This document shows positions 32,321 through 45,000 of a DNA stretch of 64,000 nucleotides, in pieces. Source of the DNA: Macrostomum lignano (Eukaryota); the NCBI GenBank assembly GCA_002269645.1, contig NIVC01002700.1:1-64000 (forward strand), read 5' to 3'. Numbering within the stretch: the first letter of the stretch is position 1; each line of letters opens with the position of its first letter. Under the pieces are notes generated by a model. The model did not search any database. It saw only the letters and a list, made by a program, of their open reading frames with translations, and was not told the DNA's origin. The translations under genes and the position numbers were made by a program.

Positions 32321-35300
32321 GAGCTGTTATTACAAAGCACTCACCTGCAGAGCAAAGGTGGTCAGCCAGATAATAACAAAAATAATATTTCTCTGCAGCC
32401 CGGAGAACACATTTCTCTGATCGTGAATCTTCCTAGCGTTGACCTCGTTGAACAGAGTCATCATCACAAAGGCGTTAAAGATGGCAGTGAAGTGCTGCGT
32501 TGGCACAGGGCTGCCAAACTGTATCGGTGTGTCCATGATCTTGTCGCCTGCAATTTAGATCCGCATATACAGATACTAACAGTAGCCTATACTATACTAC
32601 AAAACAGTTTCCAATTATTTCTAAGAAACGACAAACTGCTTGCCCTACTTTAAGTAGTTAAAAAAAGCTCGGACAATGATTACCGGCAAACAGCATGGTG
32701 AAGGTGATGACCAACTGGTAGAGCGCATTGCCGCAGATATTCCTCACCATGCGGATGTCAATTAGCGGTTTAGTCCGGCCGTACGGCTTACGCTCGAGCA
32801 GCTCGTCGCTAGGCAATTCGGTGGCCAAAGCCAGGGACGCTAGGGTGTCCATGATCAGGTTGACCCAAAGCATCTGGATCGCTCGCAGCGGAGTGTCCTG
32901 CGCAGTGGAGGGTGGGTGAGGAGAGGAGAGAGTAAGGCTAATGGCAATCAAGATTCGGGTGAATCGGACGGGTAATTTACCCTATGTACTTCTACAACAG
33001 TGCTCGTTGAAAGTGTACATCAATGAGCTTAGGAGGTGCACATCAATGAGCTTAGGAGGTGCACATCAATGATCTTAGGAGGTGCACATCAATGATCTTA
33101 GAAGGTGCACATCAATGATCTTAGGAGGTGCACATCAATGATCTTAGAAGGTGCACATCAATGATCTAAGCAGGTGTACAGCAATGATCTTATAAGGTGC
33201 ACATCAATGATCTTAGAAGGTGCACATCAATGATCTTAGAAGGTGCACATCAATGATCTTAGAAGGTGCACAACAATGATTTTAGAAGGTGCACATTAAT
33301 GATCTTAGGAGGTGCACATCAATGATCTTAGAAGGTGCACAACAATGATTTTAGAAGGTGCACATTAATGATCTTAGGAGGTGCACATCAACGGTCTTAG
33401 AAGGTGCACAACAAGGATCTTAGAAAGCGCAGCATCAATGATCTTGAGAGGCAGATTAAAGGCAAGAAGGTATTCAACCAGAATCAAGAAAGGTGAACTC
33501 CAATGTTTTACTCACGGTGATGACGCAGGAGCTAAACACGGCAACGGCAACAGCGACCACATTGACGGTCAGCTGGAATTGCAGGAACTTGGAAATAGAA
33601 TCGTACACGTTGCGGCCCCACTTGACGGCCTTGACAATGCTGGAGAAGTTGTCGTCAGTCAGGATGATGTCGGAGGCCTCCTTGGCAACGTCGGTGCCCT
33701 GGATGCCCATAGCGAATCCGACGTCTGCCTTCTTCAAAGCCGGACCATCGTTGGTGCCATCTCCGGTTACGGCGACAACCTCGCGACTAGCGGTGATCTT
33801 CGAGGCGATGATGCCGGACACCAGGGTGTACTTGTCCTGCGGCGAGGAGCGAGCTAGTACGCGCAGTTTTGGCCACACCTGGAGCGATATGGGAGGGAGC
33901 ACGTGCAGTTGAAATATTCATAATATTGGGCATTTATTACCTGTTCTCAAAATCAATGTGATCGCCACGCCGATTTTACTCTCCTCCAAGCCAATCTTAG
34001 ACCTCCAGACCGATTTGACCCTTCCAGACCAATTTGACCCTTCTAGAAATATTTGACCCTTCCAGACCGATTTGACCCTTACAGAATGATGTGACCTCCT
34101 CTAGACCGATGTGACCCCCTCTAGACCGATGTGACTCCCTCTAGATCGATGTGACCTCCTCTAGACCGATGTGACTCCCTCTAGATCGATGTGACCTCCT
34201 CTAGACCGATGTGACCCCCTCCAGACCGATTTGACCCTTACAGAACGGGGAACGATGTGACCTCCTCCAGACCGATTTGAGCCTTACAGAACGATGTGAC
34301 CTCCTCTAGACCGATGTGGACCCCTCCAGACCAGTGTGACCTCCTCCAGACCGATTTGAGCCTTACAGAACGATGTGACCTCCTCTAGACCGCTGTGACC
34401 CTCTCCAGACCGATTTGACCCTTACAGAACGATGTGACCTCCTCTAGACCGATTTGAGCCTTACAGAACGATGTGACCTCCTCCAGACCGATTTGAGCCT
34501 TACAGAACGATGTGACCTCCTCTAGACCGATTTGAGCCTTACAGAACGATGTGACCTCCTCCAGACCGATTTGAGCCTTACAGAACGATGTGACCTCCTC
34601 CAGACCGATTTGAGCCTTACAGAACGATGTGACCTCCTCCAGACCGATTTGAGCCTTACAGAACGATGTGACCTCCTCTAGACCGATGTGGACCCTCCAG
34701 ACCAGTGTGACCCCCTTCAGACTGATGTGACCCCCTTTTCTAGGACGAAGTGACTCCTCTAGGTTGATCGGACAGTTCTAGAATCGAAGCTAACGCCTTG
34801 TCAAACTGACTGAATTATCCCCTTGTAGCAACCCATGACACCCGGCAAACCAACCTGGTCAAATCGAGCCTGAGACACCTGGCCAGTAGCGGGATCTCGA
34901 ATACGCTTATTAAACTCTTTGCCTTCGAGCACCAAGAAGTTTTCTCCGGGTTTCAAAATGCCGCATTTCGAAGCAATGGATCTAGCCGTGTTGACATTGT
35001 CTCCCGTCACCATTCGAACGCAGATGCCGGCGCTCTGGCACTGACGAATAGCGGCCGGCACCTCCGGTCGGACAGGATCCTCGATGCCGACTATGGCGAT
35101 GCAGGTAAGCTTGGACACTATGAAGTCCTCATCGTCCCAGTTGGGCTCCTCTTTGAAGGCGGCGTCGCTGGGTCCCGGGCCGGCGCTGGCCGGTACGAAG
35201 TCTTTGTAGGCGATGCAGATTGTGCGCAGGCCGTCGCTGGCCATGGGCTCGATCACGTTGCTGACAATGCGGTCCTAAAGGGGGGACGGGAGATGGGAGT

Positions 35301-36909
35301 TGTTGTTAAGCCTATCAACGATTGATTCTAATTGTCATACCGATAATCCCGATTCTCATATCGATAATCCCGATTCTCATATCGATATCCCGATTCTCAT
35401 ATCGATAATCCCGATTCTCATATCGATAATCCCGAGTCTCATATTAATAATTTCGATTCTCATATCGATAATCCCGATTCCCATATCGATAATTCCGATT
35501 CTCATATTAATAATTTCGATTCTCATATCGATAATTTCGATTCTCATATCGATAATCCCGATTCCCATATTAATAATTTCGATTCTCATATCGATAATCC
35601 CGATTCTCATATTAATAATTTTGATTTTCATATCGATAATTTCGATTCTCATATCGATAATCCCGATTCTCATATCGATAATCCCGATTCCCATATTAAT
35701 AATTTCGATTCTCATATCGATAATCCCGATTCTCATATCGATAATCCCGAGTCTCATATAAATAATTTCGATTCTCATATCGATAATCCCGATTCTCATA
35801 TCGATAATCCCGAGTCTCATATTAATAATTTCGATTCTCATATCGATAATCCTGATTCTCATATCGATAATCCCGAGTCTCATTAATAATTTCGATTCTC
35901 ATATCGATAATCCCGATTCTCATATAGATAATTCTCATATAGATAGACAAGATCGATAATCTCATATCGATAATCCCGATTCTCATATCGATAATCCCGA
36001 TTCTCATATCGATAATCCCGAGTCTCATATAAATAATTTCGATTCTCATATCGATAATCCCGATTCTCATATCGATAATCCCGATTCTCATATCGATAAT
36101 CCCGAGTCTCATATTAATAATTTCGATTCTCATATCGATAATCCCGATTCTCATATGGATAATCCCGAGTCTCATTAATAATTTCGATTCTCATATCGAT
36201 AATCCCGATTCTCATATAGATAATCCCGATTCTAATATTAATAATTTCGATTCTCATATCGATAATCCCGATTCTCATATCGATAATCCCGAGTCTCATA
36301 TTAATAATTTCGATTCTCATATCGATAATCCCGATTCCCATATCGATAATCCCGATTCTAATATCGATAATCCCGAGTCTCATATTAATAATTTCGATTC
36401 TCATATCGATAATCCCAATTCTCATATTAATAATTTCGATTCTCATATCGATAATCCCGATTCTCATATCGATAATCCAAATTCTATCGATAATTTTGAC
36501 TCTTATACCGATAATCCGATACTTATAACGATAATCCCAACAACCCTCCAAAACAACGCTGTCGCAGATTCGAACCTGATCAGCCCTTGGAAAGGGTTTC
36601 GGTTTGCCCTGCTCGTCCAGAATGAAATTACATTTGCCCAGCACCATCTCGGAGGCGCCTTTAGTAAACAGAGTGTAGCCGGCACCAGATTTGCGTTTCA
36701 CAACAGTTGACATCGATTTGCGCACGGAATTGAATGTGTAGATCTTGTGGATGGCTTCTTCCGGCACTTCTCGGCGATAATCGTCGTAGTTGCGGCCAAT
36801 CGCTTCGACAAAGCCGAGCATGGCGCATTCGGTCTTGTTGCCAATCTGCTTTGGCAGCTCGTTGGCCTGCTCGGCGGGCTGCGCGGTGTTTGGGTGGGTT
36901 GGGGATCAG

Positions 36910-36952
<43 letters not shown>

Positions 36953-37337
36953 GTCAATCAATCAATCAATCAATCAATCAGTCAGTCAATCAGTCAATCA
37001 ATCAATCAATCAGTCAATCAATCAATCAATCAGTCAATCAATCAATCAATCAGTCAATCAATCAATCAATCAGTCAATCAATCAATCAATCAATCAGTCA
37101 ATCAATCGACCAATCAATCAATCAATCAGTCAATCAATCAATCAGTCAATCAATCAATCAGTCAATCAATCAATCAGTCAATCAATCAATCAATCAGTCA
37201 ATCAATCAATCAATCAATCAATGAATCAGTCAATCAATCAATCAGTCAATCAATCAATCAATCAATGAATCAGTCAATCAATCAATCAATCAGTCAATCA
37301 ATCAATCAATCAGTCAATCAATCAATAAATCAATCAG

Positions 37338-37372
<35 letters not shown>

Positions 37373-37373
37373 G

Positions 37374-37416
<43 letters not shown>

Positions 37417-38117
37417 GTCAATCAATCAATCAGTCAATCAATCAATCGATCAATCAGTCAATCAATCAATCAATCAGTCAAAAAATCAATCAATTAATCA
37501 ATCAATCAATCAATCAATCAGTGAATCAATCAATCAATCAATCAGTCAAAAAATCAATCAGTCAGTCAGTCAGTCAATCAATCAGTCAAACAATCTATCA
37601 GTCAGTCAGTCAGTCAATAAATCAATCAATCAGTCAATTAGACAATCAATCAATCAATCAGTCAATCAATCAGTCAATCAATCCGTGAATCAATCAGTCA
37701 ATTAGACAATCAATCCGTGAATCAATCAGTCAATTAGACAATCAATCAGTCAATTAATCCGTGAATCAATCAGTCAATTAGTCAATCAATCAGTCAATCA
37801 ATCCGTGAATCAATCAGTCAATTAGTCAATCAATCAGTCAATCAATCCGTGAATCAATCAGTCAATTAGACAATCAATCAGTCAATCAATCAGTTAATTG
37901 ATTAATTGAATGATTAATTAATTAATTGATTGACTGACTGACTTATTGATTGATTGACTGACTGACTTATTGATTGATTGATTGACTGATTGATTGATTT
38001 ACTGATTAGCTGACTGACTGATTGACTGATTGATCGCCTAATTGATCGCCTAATTGACTGATTGATTGACTTATTGATTGACTGACTAATCAATTAGTTA
38101 ATCAATCCGTCAGTCAG

Positions 38118-38160
<43 letters not shown>

Positions 38161-41100
38161 GTTAATTAGACAATCAATTAATAAATAAGTGAATTAATCA
38201 GTCAATCTAAAGAAACTATTATACACAGTACCAAAACTACACTAATTAATTTGCCTTATTAGTTCATCAGCCAATGTAAACCTACGCTTGTGAAATCAAT
38301 CGACCTACTTAAATACATGCGAGTACGTTTATCTAGCCATAGCCTCACCAAAATCCTGGAGGTATAGCCGCTGTTCAGTGAGATGGCTCTGCACAGAATC
38401 TCGCTCAGCGCGGCCGGGTAGTCCTCATACCGTTTCGTGATGGTCTTCTCGTGCGCGCCTGTGTAAGGAGAAAAATTTTATTTCCATAGAAGAAAGCAAC
38501 ATTAGCACTCATCGCTACTCTCAGTAGAGTGGAATAAATAACTGCCGTTTTTGAAGCTGCAAGATGTTGATACTATTTTTAGTAACAGAACGAACGAGAC
38601 GAAACTGTGCGTCACAGTTTCCTGATTTGGATCGGGACTGGCTGAAGCATCAGTCAGTTAAAATCCTACACACACCTGAAGCATCAGTCAGTTGAAATCC
38701 CACACAACCACACACCTGAAGCATCAGTCAGTTAACATCCCACACACACCTGAAGCATCAGTGAGTTGAAATCCCACACACACCTGAAGCATCAGTAAGT
38801 TAACATCCCACACACACCTGAAGCATCAGTCAGTTGAAATCCCACACACACACACACCTGAAGCATCAGTCAGTTGAAATCCCACACACACCTGAAGCAT
38901 CAGTAAGTTAACATCCCACACACACCTGAAGCATCAGTAAGTTGAAATCCCACACACACCTGAAGCATCAGTAAGTTAACATCCCACACACACCTGAAGC
39001 ATCAGTCAGTTGAAATCCCACACACACACACACACCTGAAGCATCAGTGAGTTGAAATCCCACACACACCTGAAGCATCAGTAAGTTAACATCCCACACA
39101 CACCTGAAGCATCAGTCAGTTGAAATCCCACACACACACACACCTGAAGCATCAGTGAGTTGAAATCCCACACACACCTGAAGCATCAGTAAGTTAACAT
39201 CCCACACATACCTGAAGCATCAGTCAGTTGAAATCCCACACACACACACCTGAAGCATCAGTCAGTTGAAATCCCACACACACCTGAAGCATCAGTAAGT
39301 TAACATCCCACACACACCTGAAGCATCAGTCAGTTGAAATCCCACACACACACACCTGAAGCATCAGTCAGTTGAAATCCCACACACACCTGAAGCATCA
39401 GTGAGTTGAAATCCCACACAACCACACACCTGAAGCATCAGTCAGCTGAAATCCCATCTAAATTACAACCCCAAAGCCGCACCCCAAAGCGAGCCGTACC
39501 AGCAACAAAGGACTGAACCACAGTCATCCTATTCGTAGTCAAGGTGCCAGTCTTATCCGAGCAAATAGCCGTAGCATTTCCCATAGTCTCGCAGGCGTCC
39601 AAATGCCTAACCAGATTGTTATCGTTCATCATCTTCTTGACGGAGTAGGCCAACGACAGAGTGACAGCAAGCGGCAGGCCCTCAGGCACGGCCACTACGA
39701 TAACAGTGACGGCAATAACAACAAATTCGATCAGCTTCTTCAAGTCGCGAGCAAAATCAAAGCTGTCACCGGTGCCAACTGGTGGCTGGGCAAAGGTCTC
39801 TACGCAATATTTAATGATCAGCACGAGCAGGGTGATGGCGCCAATAGCAGAGCCAACATTGCCAATGCGAATTGCTAGGGTTGTCAGTTTAGCTTGCAGA
39901 ATGCTCTTCTCCTTGCTGCTTGAGGACTTCTTCTTTGGCTTGTCGGCCTCTCCGGCTGGCATTGTGTCGGGGTTGGCGTCGGCCGCGGCGCCCATGTTCG
40001 ATAGCTGAATGTTCTCGGCGTCTGAGGGTTGTAAAATTATTATTCATGCACGATTCAGTGTGTAAATATGCCCAATTAACTGTAATGATTGTTGTTAGGC
40101 GTCTTGTACCAGAGCAATCATTGATTGATTGATTAGCTATACTCCCAGATTGATTAGCTGTACTCCCAGATTGATTAGCTGTACTCCCAGATTGATTAGC
40201 TGTACTCCCAGATTGATTAGCTATACTCCCAGATTAATTAGCTGTACTCCCAGATTGATTAGCTATACTCCCAGATTAATTAGCTATACTCCCAGATTGA
40301 TTAGCTATACTCCCAGATTGATTAGCTGTACTCCCAGATTGATTAGCTATATACTCCCAGATTGATTAGCTATATACTCCCAGATTGATTAGCTATACTC
40401 CCAGATTGATTAGCTATACTCCCAGATTGATTAGCTATACTCCCAGATTGATTAGCTATATACTCCCAGATTGATTAGCTATATACTCCCAGATTGATTA
40501 GCTATACTCCCAGATTGATTAGCTATATACTCCCAGATTGATTAGCTATATACTCCCAGATTGATTAGCTATACTCCCAGATTAATTAGCTATATACTCC
40601 CAGATTGATTAGCTATACTCCCAGATTGATTAGCTATACTCCCAGATTGATTAGCTATATACTCCCAGATTGATTAGCTATACTCCCAGATTGATTAGCT
40701 ATACTCCCAGATCGATTAGCTATACTCCCAGATTGATTAGCTATACTCCCAGATTAATTAGCTATATACTCCCAGATTGATTAGCTATATACTCCCAGAT
40801 TGATTAGCTATACTCCCAGATTGATTAGCTATACTCCCAGATTGATTAGCTATATACTCCCAGATTGATTAGCTATACTCCCAGATTGATTAGCTATATA
40901 CTCCCAGATTGATTAGCTATACTCCCAGATTAATTAGCTATATACTCCCAGATTGATTAGCTATACTCCCAGATTGATTAGCTATACTCCCAGATTGATT
41001 AGCTATATACTCCCAGATTGATTAGCTATACTCCCAGATTGATTAGCTATACTCCCAGATTGACTAGCTATACTCCCAGATTGATTAGCTATACTCCCAG

Positions 41101-41958
41101 ATTGATTAGCTATATACTCCCAGATTGATTAGCTATATACTCCCAGATTGATTAGCTATACTCCTAGATTGATTAGCTATATACTCCCAGATTGATTAGC
41201 TATACTCCCAGATTGATTAGCTATATACTCCCAGATTGATTAGCTATACTCCCAGATTGATTAGCTATACTCCCAGATTGATTAGCTATACTCCCAGATT
41301 GATTAGCTATACTCCCAGATTGATTAGCTATATACTCCCAGATTGATTAGCTATATACTCCCAGATTGATTAGCTATACTCCCAGATTGACTAGCTATAC
41401 TCCCAGATTGATTAGCTATATACTCCCAGATTGATTAGCTATATACTCCCAGATTGATTAGCTATATACTCCCAGATTGATTAGCTATACTCCCAGATTA
41501 ATTAGCTATACTCCAAGATTGATCAGTCTACATGCAGATCTCATAAGTACATTAAACCAGGCTCGGACAGCATAGGATAGTCAGTCAGACTTGCTGTATG
41601 ACAGGTCCGAGGCAAAGGTGCGTGCAGACTACAGGGCCAGACAGACACAGCCAAGTTGAAATTTAAGAAGAGTGCATAGAGAACTTTTGATTGAAAAACA
41701 ACATTAAAAGACGATTTAGAAACCAAAGCAAGAAGAGCATTTAGCAAACAAAGGTGACCGGTCTCAGTCAGTCAGTCAGTCAGTCAGTCAGTCAGTCAGT
41801 CAGTCAGTCAGTCAGTCAGTCAATCAATCAGTCAGTCACCCACTCACTCAAGTCAGTCAGTCAGTCAGTCAGTCAGTCAGTCAGTCAGTCAGTCAGTCAG
41901 TCGTCAGTCAGTCAGTCAGTGAGTCAGTCAGTCAGTCAGTCAGTCAGTCAGTCAGTCA

Positions 41959-42001
<43 letters not shown>

Positions 42002-45000
42002 AGTCAGTCAGTCAGTCAGTCAGTCAGTCAGTCAGTCAGTCAGTCAGTCAGTCAGTCAGTCAGTCAGTCAGTCAGTCAGTCAGTCAGACAGTCAGTCAGT
42101 CAGTCAGTCAGTCAGTCAGTCAGTCAGTCAGTCAGTCAGTCAGTCAGTCAGTCAGTCAGCCAGTCAGTCAGTCAGTCAGTCACTCACTCACTCAAGTCAG
42201 TTAGTCAGTAAACACGGTGTCAGAAGAAAGCAGGTGCAAAGGTAGTTGGAAGATGTATATAAACTTGGGAGTCAGCATCAGAACACTGACCATTCGTGAG
42301 ATACTGTCTGAAGTTGCTAGCTGAAATATTTTTAGAAACAAATTGCGGAACATATTTCTGTTTCAACCAGTTTAAGTGAGCAAAACAAGGAAAAATGGTA
42401 ACATGCTGATAAAAGCAAACACAATTTTCCGACTTTATAGAAATTGTTAAATTTGCCAATCAGAGCAATTATGTCATTAGAAATGGATTAAGTATGATTA
42501 ATTGTTAATTAAGCGTTAAATTAATTCGCTTTAAATCAAAGTCTGGATTAATTTTATACTTTTCATTGTTATAAAAAATAACAAGAAACATGGATTAAAA
42601 TCAACAATAAAGTTACAGTTAAAGTTTTGTTAGAATATTACGACCAGCTACTTCATATACTACTTACACACTCACACACAGACACACTTGAAAAACAGAC
42701 TGATTATATAAGGTTAAGATTTGGATTAGATAGTGCTTAATAGTATATACAATTAGCTACTTTTTAATTATTATAATTAATAACTATAATAATTTAAATT
42801 ATAAAAAATATCAAACTAAATTTGCTGATTGTACTTATCTTTACAAGGTAGTGTTTTTAATTTTTGGAAATCTGTAATAATGTCTTATATTTTCAAGTCA
42901 GATAGCATTTAATCAACGCACACATTCACACAAAAATGGGTAAAACTGCAATAACCGAAAACAATACCTACCAGGTCTCTTGGCATCCGGATTCAGAACT
43001 GCATATGATTTTGAGAGAAAAAAGCACATAAAAATAATAATATCGATCACATAGTCGATGTAAATGAATCAAAACTACAACATATATGTATGCATGCAGG
43101 CCACGTCTATAGTGTTGGGTATTTCGAAATTAACGATAGTAAATATAATGATAATAGTGTACAAACAATATACTATTTTATAATAGCGGTAAATCTTATT
43201 AAAGTAGAGCAGTGGTGTCTTAATAAAAATTATTATTATCATTATCATTAGTGAAGATGGTTAACCATGTGTTAATTGGATTGAGAAAATGCCTAACAGT
43301 CTTCCGGAAAAATTAATTAACACACACAACTACGTGTATTTCAACCTAACTATGATATAAAGAATTTTAATAGTTAGATTCATTCATTTTAAATCTAACT
43401 CAAGCTTTAAAAACTGCAATCTATCTAACAAAGAGGAAAGATAAGATTTTGTAGACTAAAATATTAAATAAAGTTGTTTTACAGACTAACAAGCCAAGTC
43501 TGAACCACATTCTAGAATAACTAGATATGCCATTCGCAATGAAATTTGCTAAAAAAATAGAGCGTCTACTCATTTTTAAGTAGTTTGTCTGCATATTGTC
43601 ACTAAGTTTAATGCGGAAGCTAAAACTTCCTTTCCTTCCTCGGGGTTGGCGGCCTCAGGAGCATATAATGGCGTTAAGAAGGAACAACAAGCATTTAATT
43701 CGATGTACACAAGTATGAACGCAAGACGGACGAAACCCAGCCTAGGGGGGGGGCAGGCCCAATCTGGCTCAGCCAATGAGAGAGCAGTAAGGACAGAGGT
43801 CGAAGTCAGACGGACGAAACTCAGCCTAGGGGGGCAGGCCCAATCTGGCTTAGCCAATGAGAGAGCAGTAAGGAAAGAGGTCAAAAGTCAGACACAAGCG
43901 GGCAAGATGAAAAAACGCAAATTTGCTACTGAAAGAGAGATGAGCATATTTTTGCAAGTGGCATTCATAGTAGTTATTCTAGTATCTGTGGTCCTAACTT
44001 AATTAGATGCATCTAACTACCGGTATAGTAGCTGACGTGTACGCGTAACATATTACCTGCGTGGCCACGTATATAACATTATAAAAGTACACAATCAACT
44101 AACATTACATTAAAACTATAGTTACGGGAATCTATAGGTAATAATATTTCTAGTTAGCTTTCTATATATTATAAAGAGGTAAAAAAGAAAAATGGTGCAG
44201 CAAAAGAATTAGGCAAGAAATTTGACATAAACAGAATTTTTCGACTCACGCGGCGTCTTCTGTTCACCTGCAGATGGGTGGAAAGGAAATGTTTGACAGT
44301 TAGTTTTAGCCAACTCAGGGCAGAATATTATACATGCAACGTAGTTACAAGCAACTACTATCAGTCTGGAAATGTTATAACTCCCTCTATTCTAATCATT
44401 TATCAGCAGACACACTTAGCCTTTCCTTAAATTACTATTTCACTCCTAAGACACATCTCTACTCTCTACTTTTCCAGACACACCTCTCACTCCCCAGACA
44501 CATCATTTTCATTCCCCAGGCACATCATTTTCACTCCCCAGGCACATCATTTTCACTCCCCAGGCACATCATTTTCACTCCCAGACACATTTTCACTCTC
44601 TAGACACATATCTAACTCCCCAGATACATCTGTCACTCCCCAGACACATCTCTCACTCCCCAGACACATATCTAACTCCCCAGATACATCTGTCACTCCC
44701 AGACACATCTCTAACTCCCCAGACACATATCTCACCTCCCAGACACATCTCTCACTCCCCAGACACATCTCTCACACCTCAGACACATCGCTCACTCCCC
44801 AGACACATCTCACTCTCCAGACACATCTCTCACTCCAAAGACACATATCTTACCTCCTTAAACATAACTCTCACTACATACACTTCTCTCTCACTAGACA
44901 TCTCTCTACCAGAGTCTACTCTAAGCAAATCACTCCACCTAACATTAATATCCCTTTAGCTAGGCATATATCATATAGTCCTAAGTAACCTATACAGGCT

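Noticed and set aside
43646-44002. Plus-strand 118-aa ORF with hydrophobic tail nested in the PMCA intron
   Set aside because: Largely made of the 82-bp duplication; no recognisable domain or promoter evidence.
44021-44056. Fifth site-A microexon candidate (36 nt, [12 protein letters not shown])
   Set aside because: In frame with AG/GT ends but a poor pyrimidine tract and weak donor; kept only as a low-prior candidate.
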